DNA of 64,000 nt, from positions 608,001 through 672,000 of the forward strand of contig CBDETY010000003.1 of the NCBI GenBank assembly GCA_965243025.1. Reading direction: 5' to 3'. Below, one piece after another: positions 9,484-19,026 of this stretch. Both the position numbers and the translations under genes were made by a program. The notes beneath the pieces were generated by a model. The model was not told the DNA's origin, did not search any database, and saw only the letters and a list, made by a program, of their open reading frames with translations. Positions within the stretch are counted from its first letter, which is position 1, and every line of letters begins with the position of its first letter. This DNA is from Candidatus Latescibacterota bacterium (GTDB taxonomy: Bacteria > Latescibacterota > UBA2968 > UBA8231).

Positions 9484-9720
9484 CGGTAGGACCTATGCTG
9501 GATGAAGGTGTGGGCTGATAAAGCGGACAGGGGCAGCGGTGGTCAAGAACCGGGGCTCATCCTTACCGGGGGGCAGCGTTGAGCAACAGAAGGGTTGCCG
9601 TTCCCCGTCGGGTTTTTCTGTACGGTCGGGTTTTTCAGTGCCCGGTGGAATGGAGGGTCTGCCTCGGCTTACCCTGCCTTTCCCTCCGGCAGCAGCCCGG
9701 ATGAATCGCCGGCCGGGAGG

Positions 9721-10902
9721 TCAGGCCCGGTTGGTGCCGTACGCCGCCTCGATCAGCTCGCCGCGGGCGAAGCGGCGCAGGTTGAGGCTTGCGATGTCGA
9801 TGGAGCGGTCCGGAACCCCGAGCACTTCCTCGGCCATCACCTCGCCGACGGCGGGGCCGATCTTGAAGCCGTGGCCGCTGAACCCGGCGCACAGGAAGAA
9901 CCCCTCCACGCCGTCGACGGCGCCCAGAACCGGGTGCCAGTCCGGGGTGACGTCGTAGAGGCCGGTGTACGAGTCGACGGCGACAAGCGACCGAAAGCCT
10001 GGCCAGCGTCTCATCAGGCGCGACTCGGTCTCGGCGATGAAGGAGACGTCGACCTCCTGGTCGTACCCGTCCGGCTCCACGTTCTCGTACTCCTTGGGGA
10101 AGCCGCGTCCCACGAGCATGCGGCGCTCCCCGTGCGGCCGGTAGTAGATCGCCTCGGCCATGTCGGAGAAGCAGAGCCTCGGCGGCCCGCCAGCGGCCTC
10201 CGCGTCGTAGATGATCTCCTCCTCGCGGGTGACCTCCAGCGGCAGGTCGACCCCGGCCCACGAGGCCACCCGGTCAGCCCAGGGGCCGGCGGCGTTGACC
10301 ACGATCTCGGTGGAGACGTTTCCAGCCGCGGTGGACACACCGGCGACCGCGTCTCCGGACAGGATCAGACCTGTCGCCGGGGTGAGGGTAGCCAGGCGTC
10401 CCCCGAGGTCGGTGAAGCGGCGCACGTACGCGTGGGTGGTGGCGCGGGGGTCCGCGTACCCGGAGCCGGGCTCGTACGCGAAGCGGTGCACGTCCCCGAC
10501 CTCGATGCGGGGCTCGATCTCGAGAAGCTCCTCGCGCGTTATCTCGCGCACGTCGACCCCGAGCCGCTGCCCCATCTCGATGTTGCGGGCGAAACCCTCG
10601 GACACGTACTCGGGAACCAGGAAGGACCAGCCGCAGTTGACGAACCCGCTGTCGCCGCCGATCTCGTCGTCGAAGCGGGAGAAGATGTCGACGCTGCGGC
10701 GCACCATGCGCACGAGCACCTCGTTGGAGTAGTGCTGCCGGACGATGGCCGCCGAGCGTCCGGTCCCCCCCGAGGCGATCAGCTGCTTCTCGAGCAGGAG
10801 GACGTTCTCGACGCCGCGCCTGGCGAGGTTGAAGGCGGTGGCCGCGCCGTTGATGCCGGCGCCGATGACGACAGCGCCCGCGGTTTTCGGTAACGGGTCC
10901 AT
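9721..10902 (-). CDS. FAD-dependent oxidoreductase, DAO/sarcosine oxidase beta-like
   Basis: VVIGAGING, GGTGRSAAIVRQHY, VVNAAGPWA, YDVTPDWHPVLG, GFSGHGFKIGP. Confidence 0.9.
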   Translation of the reverse strand: MDPLPKTAGAVVIGAGINGAATAFNLARRGVENVLLLEKQLIASGGTGRSAAIVRQHYSNEVLVRMVRRSVDIFSRFDDEIGGDSGFVNCGWSFLVPEYVSEGFARNIEMGQRLGVDVREITREELLEIEPRIEVGDVHRFAYEPGSGYADPRATTHAYVRRFTDLGGRLATLTPATGLILSGDAVAGVSTAAGNVSTEIVVNAAGPWADRVASWAGVDLPLEVTREEEIIYDAEAAGGPPRLCFSDMAEAIYYRPHGERRMLVGRGFPKEYENVEPDGYDQEVDVSFIAETESRLMRRWPGFRSLVAVDSYTGLYDVTPDWHPVLGAVDGVEGFFLCAGFSGHGFKIGPAVGEVMAEEVLGVPDRSIDIASLNLRRFARGELIEAAYGTNRA

Positions 10903-11031
10903 GATTTCCAAGCTGGAAAACCGAAATGGTTTCCGCAAATGGATCGCTCATCCCGCTTGGCGGCGGTTCCGGCTTTGGGCATTATCCCCGCGGCAGGGCG
11001 GCAATCCACTTCAGGAAGCACGGAGCGAATC

Positions 11032-12519
11032 ATGGCACCCATCGACGTCGGTACCCGCAGGCAGCTGTTCATCGACGAGCGCTTCATCGCCGCATCCAGG
11101 GGCGTCCAGCTGCGCATGAACCTGCCCGTCCAGCACCCGGAGCCGGTGCTGGCCGCGGACAAGCCCTGGGAAGCCCTCGGCATCGGCGCCTACAACACCG
11201 TGTTCCGCGAGGCGGACGGCCGCTGGCGCCTGTGGTACGACGCCATGATGCTGACCGGCCTGCCCTCTGAAGGGGCGCGGCGCCTCGGGTACGCCGAGTC
11301 GGAAGACGGCATCCACTGGCGCAAGCCGGACCTCGGGCTGATCGAGTTCCGGGGCAGCCGCAGCAACAACCTCGTCGCGCCCCACAAGGAACAGCAGAGC
11401 ATGCAGGGGGCGACGGTGTTCCGGGACGAGGTTGCCCCGGCGGCGGAGCGCTACAAGCTGTGGAGCAAGTACCGCCCCAGCGACGCCGAGCTGGCCGCCG
11501 GCGCGGCGGAGGGCCTGTGGGGGATGCACTCGGCCGACGGCATCCGCTGGCAGTACTACCCCGGCCAGCCGAACCCTCCCGAGACGATGTGCGACACCCA
11601 GAACATGCTCTTCCGGGACGACCGCCTCGGGCTCTACGTCGGCTACACCCGGGTGAGGGAGACGCAGCTCGTCGAGGAAGCCGCAAAGGGAGGTTTCGGC
11701 CGCTACCGCAGCGTCGGCCGCATCACCTCGCCCGATTTCAGGAACTGGTCGCCGCTGGAGATCACCTTCGAGGCGGACGCCCGCGACCTCGCCATCCCGG
11801 TGCCCAGCCAGCGCGACGACCCGCGGCCCAACATAGATTTCTACACCTCGTGCGCCATGAAGTACGAGGGAGCGGAGGACGTGTACCTGATGTTCCCGTC
11901 GGCCTACTACCACTGGGGGGAGGAGGATTACCCGGCGACCATGGACGTGCAGCTGCTGACCAGCCGCGACGGCATCTCGTGGCAGCGGGCCGGGGGCCGC
12001 GAGCCGTTCCTGCGGCCCGGTCTCGACGGCAGCGGCAGCAGCGGCATGCTGTTCGCCAATCCCTGGCTGATCCCGGTGGGAGAGGAGCTGTGGCTCTACT
12101 ACTCGGGGACGGCGCGCAGGCACGGCCCCCGGGCGGACCCGGAGGCGGAGCGGCGGGAGTCGCGGATGGGAGGCATCTACCGGTCAAGCATCCGCCGCGA
12201 CGGCTTCGTTTCCGCGGACGCCCCCTACGACGGCGGCGAGCTGACGACGCCGGACCTCGTGTTCGCCGGCGACCGCCTCGAGCTCAACTGCGACGGCAGC
12301 GCCGGCGGCTGGCTTCAGGTCGAGCTGCAGGACGCGGAGGGAACCCCGCTTCCGGGGCACAGCCTCGCCGACGCCAACGCCCTGGTGGGAAACGGGGTGG
12401 CGAAGCCGGTAACCTGGAGGGGGAGCAGCGACGTCGGCGCCCTCGCCGGCAGGCCGTTGCGGCTGCGCATCGTCATGAGGGGGATGAAGCTGTACGCCTT
12501 CCGGTTCCGCGGGGATTGA
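11032..12519 (+). CDS. GH32/GH43-like five-bladed beta-propeller protein of unknown specificity
   Basis: RQLFID, YAESEDGIHWRKP, SADGIRW, TSRDGISW, LWLYYSG, IRRDGFVS, KLYAFRF motifs. Confidence 0.7.
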   Translation: MAPIDVGTRRQLFIDERFIAASRGVQLRMNLPVQHPEPVLAADKPWEALGIGAYNTVFREADGRWRLWYDAMMLTGLPSEGARRLGYAESEDGIHWRKPDLGLIEFRGSRSNNLVAPHKEQQSMQGATVFRDEVAPAAERYKLWSKYRPSDAELAAGAAEGLWGMHSADGIRWQYYPGQPNPPETMCDTQNMLFRDDRLGLYVGYTRVRETQLVEEAAKGGFGRYRSVGRITSPDFRNWSPLEITFEADARDLAIPVPSQRDDPRPNIDFYTSCAMKYEGAEDVYLMFPSAYYHWGEEDYPATMDVQLLTSRDGISWQRAGGREPFLRPGLDGSGSSGMLFANPWLIPVGEELWLYYSGTARRHGPRADPEAERRESRMGGIYRSSIRRDGFVSADAPYDGGELTTPDLVFAGDRLELNCDGSAGGWLQVELQDAEGTPLPGHSLADANALVGNGVAKPVTWRGSSDVGALAGRPLRLRIVMRGMKLYAFRFRGD

Positions 12520-12662
12520 GGCGGTTGCCCGGGGGACGAAGGAATTCCGCGAACTCGCGACCGCTGCCTTGTGCCAATTTCTGGCATGAGGGAGAATTCG
12601 CCGCGGCGCCAGGAGTTTTTCGGCGTTCACGGGCTTCTTCAGATAAAACTCGCAGAAAACTT

Positions 12663-12697
12663 CTTGCAGATTGATGATGCCATCATCATTTTGCAAG
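12663..12697. promoter_or_regulatory. 35-bp imperfect palindrome, putative operator of the AAA-ATPase gene
   Basis: cttgcagattgatgatg-c-catcatcattttgcaag; arms match 15/17; ends 4 bp before ATG 12702. Confidence 0.6.
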
Positions 12698-12701
12698 TAT
12701 T

Positions 12702-13937
12702 ATGTACAGGCAAAGACTGCTGACGCAAAGACTTCGGGAACTCGCCGCCGCTTTCCCTGTAGTTGTGCTTTCAGGTGCCCGACAGGTTGGCAAGAGCACC
12801 TTGTTGCAGCATCTCTACGGAGACCAGGCGGACATCGTCGTTTTCGACCCGGTTGTCGACGTGGGGAACGCGCGCCAGGATCCGGAGCTGTTTCTGGCCA
12901 ACAACCGCCCGCCCCTGATTCTCGACGAGGTCCAGTACGCGCCGGAGTTGATCGCCAGCCTCAAACGCGAGATCGACAAAGACCGGTCACCCGGGCAGTA
13001 CATTCTCAGCGGGTCCCAACAGTGGAGCGTTCTGACTTCCGTATCCGAGAGTCTTGCAGGGAGGGCTGCCTTCCTCGACCTGGAGGGGTTCTGCCTGGCA
13101 GAAGCCGCGGGATCCGGGGGTTCCTGGCTGGCCAGCTGGATAGCCGACCCGGCAAGGTTCCTGGCTTCCCCGCCATCGCGGCTGCAGGATACGCGAACGC
13201 TCTACGAGTCTCTGTGGCGAGGCGGCCTGCCGGATGCCACCCTGATCGAAGCCGCGGTCGTTCCCGACTTCCATGCAGCCTATCAACGCACCTATATCGA
13301 GCGGGACGTGCGTCTGCTCGCAGACGTAGCCGACTGGCAGCTCTTCGGACGATTCATCCGCCTTTGCGCTGCCCTTTCCGCACAGGAGGTCAACCGCAGA
13401 CAACTGGGCCGGGAACTGGGAGTAACCCCGCAGACCGCGGATCGCTGGCTGGGGCTGTTGAAGGCCACCTATCAATGGTTCGAAGTGCCGGCGTACTCGG
13501 GAAACGCCGTCAAGCGCGTAAGCGGCAAACCCAAGGGCTACCTCGCGGATACCGGCATGGCGTGCCATGCCCAACTGTTGTCCTCTCCGGAGTCGCTGGG
13601 AGGCCACCCCATGCTGGGCGCCCTTTTCGAGACCGCGGTAGTCGCTGAAATCCGCAAACAGGCGGGCGCCATGCCCACTCCTCCCCAGATGTACCACTGG
13701 CGGACGAACGGGGGAGCGGAAGTCGACCTTCTTCTCGAACGGGACGGCAGGTTCTACCCCATCGAAGTAAAGCTGGCCGGCGTTCCTTCCCGCCGGGACA
13801 CGACAGGGATCAGTGCGTTCCGCAAAACCTACCCAGGACTGCGCATCGAACCCGGACTGGTAATCGCGCCGACAAGGGAAGTATTGCAGGTATCCGAGCA
13901 GGACTGGGCAATTCCCTGGGATCTCGATGGTCGTTGA
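12702..13937 (+). CDS. AAA_14 ATPase with DUF4143 and C-terminal PD-(D/E)xK-like motif
   Basis: GARQVGKST (Walker A), ILDEVQ (Walker B), SESLAGR, TYIERDV, GALFET, EVDLLLE...PIEVK. Confidence 0.9.
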   Translation: MYRQRLLTQRLRELAAAFPVVVLSGARQVGKSTLLQHLYGDQADIVVFDPVVDVGNARQDPELFLANNRPPLILDEVQYAPELIASLKREIDKDRSPGQYILSGSQQWSVLTSVSESLAGRAAFLDLEGFCLAEAAGSGGSWLASWIADPARFLASPPSRLQDTRTLYESLWRGGLPDATLIEAAVVPDFHAAYQRTYIERDVRLLADVADWQLFGRFIRLCAALSAQEVNRRQLGRELGVTPQTADRWLGLLKATYQWFEVPAYSGNAVKRVSGKPKGYLADTGMACHAQLLSSPESLGGHPMLGALFETAVVAEIRKQAGAMPTPPQMYHWRTNGGAEVDLLLERDGRFYPIEVKLAGVPSRRDTTGISAFRKTYPGLRIEPGLVIAPTREVLQVSEQDWAIPWDLDGR

Positions 13938-14054
13938 ACGGACGGTCCCTCTCCGATGCCGCGAAGGGGTCGTCCCCGCGGACGCCGCCTGCGGCGGCGA
14001 GGCAGCAAAGAGAGTTCTTTGCATGCACACAATCGAAAGGTGTAGGAGCGAGGG

Positions 14055-15752
14055 ATGATTGCCCCTGCCCCTCCTGACAGACCGGTCCTTCTCATCGCGG
14101 CGGTGGCATTGCTGTGGGCATCCCAGTCGCTGGCGGGCCAGCCGTTCGTCGATCACGGCGGTCCGGAGCTGGCGGTTGCCGGTCCTGTGACCGCGCCGAT
14201 CCAGCACGAGAAATACTTCCGCATGGAGCGGGAGCTGTTCGGATACGACCCCCGCTTCGTGCCGGCGCCGGTATCGTTCGACGCCGAAAACCGTCCCTGG
14301 ATGGCGCTGGGGACGGAGCTGATCACCCTCGATGGCGAAGGGCGCTGGATCGCCCTCGATTTCGACGCGGCGATGAAGGCGGAGTACGAGGGCATCGGGG
14401 GGAGCGCCATCCGCAACGGCCCCTTCATCTCCTTCGACAGGGAGGGCGACGCCTACCTGCTTGCCCGCGTCAGCCATCTGCGGCGCCAGGACATCTTCCG
14501 GGAAACCCCTGCGCGGCGCATCGATGCCTTCGGCCTGGCGCACTCGCGGGACCGCCTGCGCACCTGGACCTTCTACGAAACCGTGTCGCCTGCGGTTCAC
14601 GCCACACCGTTTCAACGCAAGCTCTACACCGGCGCCCAGCGGCTGGAGCGGCTCGAAGGACACAACCAGATCAACGGGCCGCCGCCGATGGTCGAGGGGC
14701 GCGGCTGGGAGCTGAGCCTGTTCGTGGCGGAGAAGCGGCGTGACGGCCGCCTGACACCGCCCGAGACGATTCTGCTGGCGCGGGCCGATCCACCGATCGC
14801 CGGCAAGCTCAGGAACTGGATCACCCCGATCCACTCGGGGGCCGGCAATGTCAGCGCCACCTACGGAGGCAGGACCCACGTGGTGTGGCTGAGCATTCAG
14901 CCCCTCGAGCGGCACCGGGAGGAAGCCGGGGCCCTGTCGGCGGAGATGGACGGGGAGTACGTGCCCTATGCGCTGCGTTACGAGGGCTCTCTCGACGCCC
15001 TGGCTCCCAGCTACATCCGCACCTGCGATCGCCGCACCGGCGAGTTGAGCGACCCCGTGCTTCTCGGCTTCAGCCGGCGCAACAACCACGACCCGCCGGT
15101 GATCTCGGTGGACTCGAAGGGGTACCTTCACGTCGTCATCGGCGCCCACCACGACAACTTCCAGTACACCCGCTCGCTGGCGCCCAACAGCAGCACGGAA
15201 GGCTGGACCGGGCCGCGGATGTTCGGGACTCCGAGGCCGCTCGAGGGCGGGGGCAGCTACACCTACACGGCGCTGCTGTGCGATTACGACGACAACCTGC
15301 ACCTGGTAAGCCGCTGGGCCGGCACCGACGATTACCGCTTTCAACTCGTCTACCTGCGCAAGAAAGCGGGCCGGGACTGGGAGCCGCACCGGGTCCTAGT
15401 TAGCCCGTTCCGCGTCGACTACGCTGCCTGGCGCCAGAAAATCAGCATCGACCGGCTCGGCAGGCTGTTCGTCAGCTATGCATACTACCCGGATCTGATG
15501 ACGCCCGAGGAACGGCGGGCGTACGCGCGCAGATGGCCGCAAGACGCCACGGAGAACCCGGATGCTCCAGGGGGCTACGACATTGTGCTGAGGGACCGCG
15601 GCGGGGCAATGCTGATATCTGACGACGGAGGCGATTCATGGCGGCTCGCCGTCACCGCGGATTTCGTGGAAGGGCTGGAACGGGCTGCTCGTCGGAGAGC
15701 AGAAGAGCAGATAGAGGACGGAGTACCTGTCCTGAAACACCAGGCAGACTGA
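14055..15752 (+). CDS. Secreted BNR-4 repeat (sialidase-like propeller) protein
   Basis: Signal peptide LLIAAVALLWASQSLA; NHDPPVISVDSKGYLHVVIGAHH; SDDGGDSW Asp-box. Confidence 0.7.
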   Translation: MIAPAPPDRPVLLIAAVALLWASQSLAGQPFVDHGGPELAVAGPVTAPIQHEKYFRMERELFGYDPRFVPAPVSFDAENRPWMALGTELITLDGEGRWIALDFDAAMKAEYEGIGGSAIRNGPFISFDREGDAYLLARVSHLRRQDIFRETPARRIDAFGLAHSRDRLRTWTFYETVSPAVHATPFQRKLYTGAQRLERLEGHNQINGPPPMVEGRGWELSLFVAEKRRDGRLTPPETILLARADPPIAGKLRNWITPIHSGAGNVSATYGGRTHVVWLSIQPLERHREEAGALSAEMDGEYVPYALRYEGSLDALAPSYIRTCDRRTGELSDPVLLGFSRRNNHDPPVISVDSKGYLHVVIGAHHDNFQYTRSLAPNSSTEGWTGPRMFGTPRPLEGGGSYTYTALLCDYDDNLHLVSRWAGTDDYRFQLVYLRKKAGRDWEPHRVLVSPFRVDYAAWRQKISIDRLGRLFVSYAYYPDLMTPEERRAYARRWPQDATENPDAPGGYDIVLRDRGGAMLISDDGGDSWRLAVTADFVEGLERAARRRAEEQIEDGVPVLKHQAD

Positions 15753-15833
15753 TGAAGCCCGACTGGTGCTGCAGCTTCAGGTGGCCGATGTCGCCGGCAC
15801 CGAATGGACTCAACACAGGATGAAGGAGAAGAA

Positions 15834-17060
15834 ATGAACAGCGTGACCACAGGTGACGGACTCGAGCACGTCCGCTACCTAGCCGACACCATCGGCAAGC
15901 GCCCCACCGGCTTCGCCGGGGAGATCCGCGCCGCCGGGTACCAGTGCGAGCAGCTCGAGAAGTGGGGGTGCGAAGGGGTGGGCACCGAGGAGTTCCCCGC
16001 CCGCAGCTGGGACTTCGACCTGTGCAGAGTAAGCTGCGGACCGCTAGGCGAAATTGAGGCCCTGCCGATAGAGTTCTCGGCCTCGACCCCGGCGGGAGGG
16101 CTGGAGGCCGCCCTGGAGGTTCGCGAGAAGCCGGAGGCCGACTCCGGGCTCGAAGGCCGGATCGCCCTGTTCTGCAGCGGGCTCCCCGACGGCAAGACGC
16201 TTCTCGAAAGCAACCCGGCCGGGGTGATCCTGGTGACACCGGAGAAGGCCTTTGCCTGGCACCAGATCGTCGGTCCTACGGCCGCCCTGGCGGGCAGGCT
16301 GCCGATGGTCACCCTCGGATTCGCCGACGGCGTCGACCTCGTCCGCCACGGCGTCGACAGACTGAAACTCGAGATCGAGACCCGGATCGAGGACGTTACC
16401 GGCCGCAACGTGGTGGCAACCCTTCCCGGCGCTTCCGGAGACCGCCGCATCAACATCAGCGGCCACTACGATTCGGTGCCGGCGGGAGGGGCGGCGGCCG
16501 ACAACGCCACCGGGGCGGCCTGCGCCCTGGAGGTGGTGCGCAGCCTCAGCGGGCTCGACCTGCAGGCGACCGTCGACTTCGTCAACTTCAGCGCCGAGGA
16601 GATCGGGCTCTACGGGGCCGCGGCCTACGCCGGGGCGCACGCAAGCGAGCTGACTGCTACCGAGCTGGGGATCTACTTCGACGGCCAGGGGGATTTCCTC
16701 GGCCGCAACAACATCCACATCATGGGGCAGGACGGGCTTGTCGATCTCGTGCGGCAGCGCTGCGCGGCAATCGGGTACGCCGTCGACCTGCAGCACGGTT
16801 TCACCGGGCTCGACCAGGCGTTCCTCAGCGCACACGGCGTGCCTACTCTCTGGTTCCAGCGCGGCCCGCAGCTGACCTGGCACACCCGCGCCGACGTCAC
16901 CGAGGACGTCAGCCCCGCGGCGATGCGGGCGACCATTGGGGCCGCGGTCGACATCGCGCTGCACGCGGACGCCAACCCGGGCTGCTTTCCCGGCGGGATC
17001 CCCGAAGACCAGGCGCGGCAGCTTGCCGAGTACGTGAAGAACGGGGCTCCCTGCTGGTAG
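15834..17060 (+). CDS. M28 family metallopeptidase
   Basis: GHYDS, ADNATG, FSAEEIGLYG, WHTRAD; AAGGAG RBS. Confidence 0.85.
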   Translation: MNSVTTGDGLEHVRYLADTIGKRPTGFAGEIRAAGYQCEQLEKWGCEGVGTEEFPARSWDFDLCRVSCGPLGEIEALPIEFSASTPAGGLEAALEVREKPEADSGLEGRIALFCSGLPDGKTLLESNPAGVILVTPEKAFAWHQIVGPTAALAGRLPMVTLGFADGVDLVRHGVDRLKLEIETRIEDVTGRNVVATLPGASGDRRINISGHYDSVPAGGAAADNATGAACALEVVRSLSGLDLQATVDFVNFSAEEIGLYGAAAYAGAHASELTATELGIYFDGQGDFLGRNNIHIMGQDGLVDLVRQRCAAIGYAVDLQHGFTGLDQAFLSAHGVPTLWFQRGPQLTWHTRADVTEDVSPAAMRATIGAAVDIALHADANPGCFPGGIPEDQARQLAEYVKNGAPCW

Positions 17061-17162
17061 GCGGCCCCGCATGCAACCGGGTCGGGCGATTGCCCGATAC
17101 CGCAGATGAAGGAGGGCTTTTATGAGGGAGACCGGCGCAATCCCCGGGTCTTTGGTACTCCG

Positions 17163-18380
17163 ATGAAAGTCGACAGGGACCGGTTCCTCGAAGAGGGCTA
17201 CCTCATCCTGCGCCAGGTGATTCCGCCTTCCGATCTCGAGCGGGTCAGGGCTGCCGGCGAGCGCTTGGTCGAAAAGCAGAAGGAAGCGTGGCGGCGGGAG
17301 CGCGACCCCGGCGACCCTCCCGGGGGCCAGTGGGAGATCTCGTCGCAGCCCCGGGTGACGGTCCAGGAGATCGCCGGTTCCGTCGACGCCGGCTGCATCC
17401 CCGGCATCGAGATCTGGCACCACGAGAACATCCAGGGGGTCAGCAGCGAGCTTCTCGGCGTCGCGGACGCGGGGGTTACGGAGATGATGATCATGTGCAG
17501 CCCGGTCCGCGATCACGGCACCGGCGGCCACCGGGGCTGGCACCGCGACCTCTACCCTCCGTTCAGCGCCCCGGTGCAGGCCTATGCCGAGGACATCCTC
17601 GAAAACGGCCCGCGCTACGTGCAGTGGAACATCCCGCTCTACGACGACGACGTGCTCTGGGTGATCCCCGGCAGCCACAACCGGCTCAACACGGCCGAGG
17701 AGAACCGCTTGCTCGCCGGGGACGAGCGCGTGCCGTTTCCAGGCGGGGTGCAGACCGATCTGAAGGCCGGGGACGGCGTCGTCTACATCCTGCCGATCCT
17801 GCACTGGGGAAGCCGCTACGACCGGACCCTGCGCCGCACCCTGCACGGGGGCTTCTCGACGCATACCCAGGTTCATGACCTCAGCTACGCCGAACACCTG
17901 CCGGCGCCTGCCCGCGAGAGGTTCGAGCGCTGGAACCGGCGCAGCGGGCGCACCCAGGATCTGACCGAGGCGGCCCTGCGCGCCGCGATCGACGGCGACG
18001 GCGCCCGCTACAGGGAGGTCCTGAATAAGCTGCACCCCGGACGGGGAGCCAGGGGGGAAGCGCTGACCACGGTGTACATGAGCAAGAGCGCGCGCCGCAT
18101 CCACGACCTGCGGGGTCCCGGGGCGGGCAAGGTGCCGGAGAGCGGCCGCAACATGGCGCTGTTCGAGCACCCCATCACCCTGCACTGGGGCGGGGAGTTC
18201 GCCGGGCGCTTCTCCCCGGAGGAGGCCGAGGCCCTGTGGGAGCGGCTGCGGCCGATCGAGGAGGGGATGCAGGCGCAGGAGGAGCTGGCGCCGCCCGGGT
18301 ACGAGGACCGGCCGTCGCGGTACTATTTCTACGAGATGCCGGCAGACCTCGATATCGCCGCGGAAATAGACGGGTGGTAA
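17163..18380 (+). CDS. PhyH family dioxygenase with C-terminal extension
   Basis: FLEEGYLILR, WHRD, QWNIPLYDD, VIPGSH, LKAGDG, ILHWGS. Confidence 0.85.
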   Translation: MKVDRDRFLEEGYLILRQVIPPSDLERVRAAGERLVEKQKEAWRRERDPGDPPGGQWEISSQPRVTVQEIAGSVDAGCIPGIEIWHHENIQGVSSELLGVADAGVTEMMIMCSPVRDHGTGGHRGWHRDLYPPFSAPVQAYAEDILENGPRYVQWNIPLYDDDVLWVIPGSHNRLNTAEENRLLAGDERVPFPGGVQTDLKAGDGVVYILPILHWGSRYDRTLRRTLHGGFSTHTQVHDLSYAEHLPAPARERFERWNRRSGRTQDLTEAALRAAIDGDGARYREVLNKLHPGRGARGEALTTVYMSKSARRIHDLRGPGAGKVPESGRNMALFEHPITLHWGGEFAGRFSPEEAEALWERLRPIEEGMQAQEELAPPGYEDRPSRYYFYEMPADLDIAAEIDGW

Positions 18381-18564
18381 AGGGTTGCTCCGCGCCCTCA
18401 TTTCACTGGTACAGCCCGCACGTTGCTGATACTCTTCTTTCCGGCCTTTTCGATCTCCCGGACAATGGAAGCCGAATCCACGGATTGCTTCAGCCTAGAC
18501 ATTGAACGCGACGACGGCCGTACCGTCCTGATTCTTGACCACGTCGGCCAACTGCCACCACCTG

Positions 18565-18860
18565 GTAGAGGTGATTGCCCGGCCCTTCGATGCCGGGGCC
18601 GCCGACTACGTGGTCAAGCCCTTCTCGCCGACGGAACTGACGGCCCGGATCCGGGCGGCCCTGCGCAAGCAGACGGCCATGGGCCCGGACCAGCCCACCG
18701 ATCCGTATGTGCTGGGAGGGCTGGCCATCGACTACACGGGACGCGGTGTGACCGTAGCCGGACAGCGGGTGCGCTTGACCGACATCGAGTACCGCCTGTT
18801 GGTGGAGCTGTCGATCCACGCCGGCCAAGTGGTGACCTACGATCACTTGCTGCGGAAAGG
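18565..18860 (+). pseudogene. Internal remnant of an OmpR/KdpE-type response regulator
   Basis: AGAADYVVKPFSPTELTARIRAALR...VRLTDIEYRLLVEL...GQVVTYDHLL; lacks the phospho-Asp N-terminus and the end of the winged helix. Confidence 0.75.
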
Positions 18861-19026
18861 CCTCCTGCGTGGGGGTGGCGAATCTCGCTTGGATGCTGCT
18901 AACTCCCATGCGATTCGGGTCCGCCGCAGGAGCCTTGAGGGTGCAGGGGGTCTGTAGGGTTTCACCATCGAGGAACTCGAGAACCAGAGGCGGGACGGCA
19001 AGCGGGGAACAAACGAAGGAGCGGGG

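Noticed and set aside
9605-9638. Direct repeat gtcgggtttttc x2
   Set aside because: Only two short copies; no supportable function.
9721-10902. Calling this the mgdA/soxB partner of the 31-36 kb operon
   Set aside because: 20 kb away, no soxD/A/G subunits, and the family is broad.
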